Shown here: piece after piece, positions 7,561-10,588 of the stretch | Position numbering within the stretch: position 1 is the stretch's first letter | How the letters are laid out: every line of letters starts with the position of its first letter | From: Octopus sinensis | Taxonomy: Eukaryota | Reading direction: 5' to 3' | DNA length: 10,588 bases | Assembly (NCBI RefSeq): GCF_006345805.1 | Contig: NW_021827390.1 | Location: 1 to 10,588, forward strand | Translations under genes and position numbers: made by a program | Notes under the pieces: generated by a model | The model's database searches: none | What the model was told of the DNA's origin: nothing | The model's input: the letters and a program-made list of their open reading frames with translations, nothing else

Positions 7561-7562
<2 letters not shown>
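7010..7562 (-). mobile_element. ~550-bp non-coding interspersed element embedded in (ATT)n; probable non-autonomous non-LTR element
   Basis: Complex sequence with sharp edges into (ATT)n on both sides. A hairpin actggg-15nt-cccagt (7043-7069) lies near the putative minus-strand 3' end. It resembles an octopus repeat from memory. The orientation is inferred. Confidence 0.5.
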
Positions 7563-7623
<61 letters not shown>

Positions 7624-7794
7624 CATCATCATCATCATCATCATTATTATTATTTTATTTTATTATTTTATATTATTATTATTATTATTATTATATCATC
7701 ATCATCATCATCATCATCATTATTATCATTATTACTATTATTATATATTATTATTATTATTATTATATTATTATTATTATTATTATTATTATCA

Positions 7795-7826
<32 letters not shown>

Positions 7827-8036
7827 CACATCATCATCATCATTATTATCATATTACTATTATTATTATTATTATTATCATTATTATTATTATTATTATT
7901 ATTATATTATTATTATTATTTTCATTATTATATTATTATTATTATTATTTTCATTATTATTATCATTATTATTATTTTCATTATTTCATTATTATTATTA
8001 TTATCATTATTACTATTATTATTATCATTATTATTA

Positions 8037-8088
<52 letters not shown>

Positions 8089-8113
8089 CATTATTATTAT
8101 TATTATCATTATT
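7563..8113. repeat. Long degenerate (ATT)/(ATC)n tract
   Basis: Direct reading. Confidence 0.96.
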
Positions 8114-8579
8114 GTTATGGAAAACTGGGTTAGTCGGAACACAACACCGACTACAAAATCCAGATTCCTTGAAGAAACTGCTAAGAATATATCTCTTGAC
8201 GTCGCGTTTTTAGTGAAATTGTTTGATAAGAAACTGATCGTCTGCTTTTTGTCACCAGAGACTATTATTCTTTTCTTTTTTCTTTTAGTTCGTTTCTTTT
8301 TTAAGATTTCTCTTATCTTTTGAACTAAACGCCCTTTTCTTGCCGGTTTCTGGATAGCGATGGCTTCTTTTTGATGAATCTTTTTCCAGCTATGAAAATT
8401 AATGGCTTACCGAAAATGTTCTTCTTTTTCTTTGTTTTTTCTTTTCTTTCCTTTATCTTATTGAAGCTTTCATCTTCGTCATGTTTTAAAATAAAGCATC
8501 CTTTCTTGGAAAACGACAAATATTTTCAAAAAGAATTTACGTAGATGATTAAAACAAAAATATATATCGTAGAGGCATT

Positions 8580-8718
8580 CATGGTTGTGTTCTTAACAAG
8601 TTTGCTTCGAAACCAAGTGGTTTGCGGTTCAGTCCCTTGCGAGAGGTTTCGTTTGTTATAGTTTCGGGCCGACCAATGAATGAATTTGTTAGACAGAAAC
8701 CGTGTGGTACTCCGTCAT
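8580..8718 (+). mobile_element. Degenerate SINE copy related to 9306-9461
   Basis: catggttgtgtt...aaccaagtggtttgcggttcagtccc...tatagtttcgggccgaccaa...tgaatttgttagacagaaac...ccgtcatatat is collinear with 9306-9470. Confidence 0.6.
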
Positions 8719-8923
8719 ATATATATACGCGTATAAGTATGTATGTATATATATAATATTTAATATTTAACAATAAGGTAATTAGATAAACCGATGTTTG
8801 TATTTATGTGAGAAAAATAAGAAAATAGAAATAAATCAATTAATAATTATTTATTAATTACAAAGTCAATTTTGTTGATTAATAAATAATTATTAATTGA
8901 TTTATCCCTATTTTCTTATTTTT

Positions 8924-8928
<5 letters not shown>

Positions 8929-8989
<61 letters not shown>

Positions 8990-9108
8990 ATATATATATA
9001 TATATACACAGATATATATATATATACATATAATATATATATATATACACATATATATATATATATACATATATATATTATATATATATAGATATATATA
9101 TATAATAT

Positions 9109-9142
<34 letters not shown>

Positions 9143-9145
9143 TAT
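8929..9145. repeat. Long imperfect (TA)n tract
   Basis: Direct reading. Confidence 0.96.
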
Positions 9146-9305
9146 ACATATTCCAACTTGTCCAAAGGTTAAACAGAAAGAACACAACAAAGGGGAAAAT
9201 GAGACAAAAACACGATTCAAGAAACATTCGCAGCAGATTTTCCTCATCAGTTGGTTTTCGAGGCGTCTTCGTGGTTTCGCGCCCTTTAAAACCAAGACCA
9301 CTGTT

Positions 9306-9461
9306 GAGTGGCTGTGTGGTAAGTAGCTTGTTTACCAACCACATGGTCCCGGGTCCACTCCCACTGCGTGGCACCTTGGTCAAGTGTCTTCTACTATAGC
9401 CTCGCGCCGACCAAAGCCTTGTGAGTGAATTTGGTAGACGGAAACTGGAAGAAGCCCGTCG
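9306..9461 (+). mobile_element. Well-preserved tRNA-derived SINE (third family), followed by a short TA tract
   Basis: A-box-like tggctgtgtgg (9309-9319) and B-box-like gggtccactccc (~9351-9362). Four other copies in the window align by eye. Confidence 0.8.
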
Positions 9462-9474
9462 TATATGTATATAT

Positions 9475-9594
9475 AAGGTTTTGGTGGGCCGATTATAGTA
9501 GAAGATGCTTGCCCAAGAAGTCACGCAGTGAAACTGGATCCGGAACTATGTAGTTTGGGAGCAAGCTTCCTACCACACAACCACACCTGCGCCT
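9475..9594 (-). mobile_element. Inverted copy of the same SINE family
   Basis: Reverse complement aggcgcaggtgtggttgtgtggtaggaagcttgct...cactgcgtgacttcttgggcaagcatcttctactataatcggcccaccaaaacctt aligns to 9306-9420. Confidence 0.8.
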
Positions 9595-9950
9595 ATATCT
9601 ATCTATCTTTATATATATATATATATATATGCGGAGGCACATAGCTTAGTCCAGAAAGGAGAAACCTAATTCGAAGACTACAGATCCGATCCACCACTGT
9701 AACTGTAAAAATCTGTAAAACTTTCCAGAAGCTTATCATTTAAATATATATGAGCATGTCTAGATATGCAACTAGATGCGTGAGAATACATACATAAAAC
9801 AAAACGTATAAATCTGCACATATATATGTATACATACATGCAAAAATACCCTTTGTAGATGCTGAAATTCCAATGAAGGAGCCTTGGATCTAGGTTAGAA
9901 AATGGTTTTTTCTCTATTGGCTAGAAATCTTGAAATAAAACTGAATAATG

Positions 9951-9977
9951 ACATACATACATACATACATACATACA

Positions 9978-10006
<29 letters not shown>
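9951..10006. repeat. Perfect (ACAT)14 tetranucleotide repeat
   Basis: Direct count. Confidence 0.97.
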
Positions 10007-10008
<2 letters not shown>

Positions 10009-10423
10009 GGGTGTATAAAAGTCATATGTATATTTGCATAATACAACGGCAGACATTGGAATGTCAGTTAAATATACGTATACAACTATACACATTCAAA
10101 TAAATAATATCCATGAACATTTTTTTTCTTCCTGACTAAATTTCCATAAAACCTTTTGCCTGAATGACGAAAAAAAAAATTCTTTTAAACATTTCTCTCT
10201 GATATTTTATTTTCACGACACAGAAAATATAATTTCACTAAATTTGATATTTTGTCGTATAATTTTTCCATTGACACGGCAGAAATTTTATAGCCGACCC
10301 TCCTCAGACTCTGTTTCGCTTCGTGCTCTGAGTCAAAGAGATTTGTTGTTCTTATTGTTGTTGTTCCTATTATTACTGTTGATGTTACTGGAAATGTTAT
10401 AGTTCCCTTTTTTTCTCAACCAC

Positions 10424-10588
10424 CTTCTTTCTTCTTCTTCTTCTTCTTCTTCTTCTTCTTCTTCTTCTTCTTCTTCTTCTTTTCTCTTCCTTCTTCTTCT
10501 CTCTTCTTCTCGGTCTCTTCTTCTTCTTCTTCCTCCTCCCCTCTTTTCCTCCTTATTCTCTCCTCCTTCTCTTCTCCTCCTCCTTCTC
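10424..10588. repeat. (CTT)n grading into a CT-rich polypyrimidine tract that runs off the window
   Basis: Direct reading. Confidence 0.96.

Noticed and set aside
5583-8323. Long ORFs of poly-I/L/Y/T/S/V/N (up to 264 aa)
   Set aside because: Trinucleotide repeats are open in some frames by construction; there is no evidence of coding.
8115-8519. Lys-rich minus-strand frames with a GTAAG donor-like site near 8406-8410
   Set aside because: They are explained by T-rich low complexity on +. There is no consistent exon structure or recognisable protein; RNA-seq would be needed.
9631-9650. gcggaggcacatagcttagt resembling a SINE 5' tip
   Set aside because: At only 20 bp it is too short to support.

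Overview
This is a non-genic, very AT-rich eukaryotic window made almost entirely of microsatellites and retroelement remnants. The repeat families resemble those I recall from octopus/coleoid cephalopod genomes (inference, not checked). No host protein-coding gene is supportable; most ORF-track calls are translations of microsatellites or of SINE sequence. Recognisable content: (i) decayed R4/Dong-clade non-LTR retrotransposon pieces, namely an endonuclease-domain remnant at ~2886-3715 (-), a C-terminus plus 3' UTR at 1-360 (+) and a related 3' end at ~5590-5733; (ii) tRNA-derived SINEs of at least three families, one present both as a monomer and as two internally multimerised ~184-bp arrays; (iii) many TA, CA, ATT, AAG, ACAT and CTT tracts, plus a higher-order TAC/TGC/CAC repeat. 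The most notable signal is a set of minimal type I hammerhead-ribozyme-like motifs. The best is at 5851-5896 (+), a second is at 764-802 (-), and two are heavily decayed. The two best sit in short cassettes between microsatellites, suggesting a Penelope-like or retrozyme-like family. All copies here carry substitutions that probably inactivate them.
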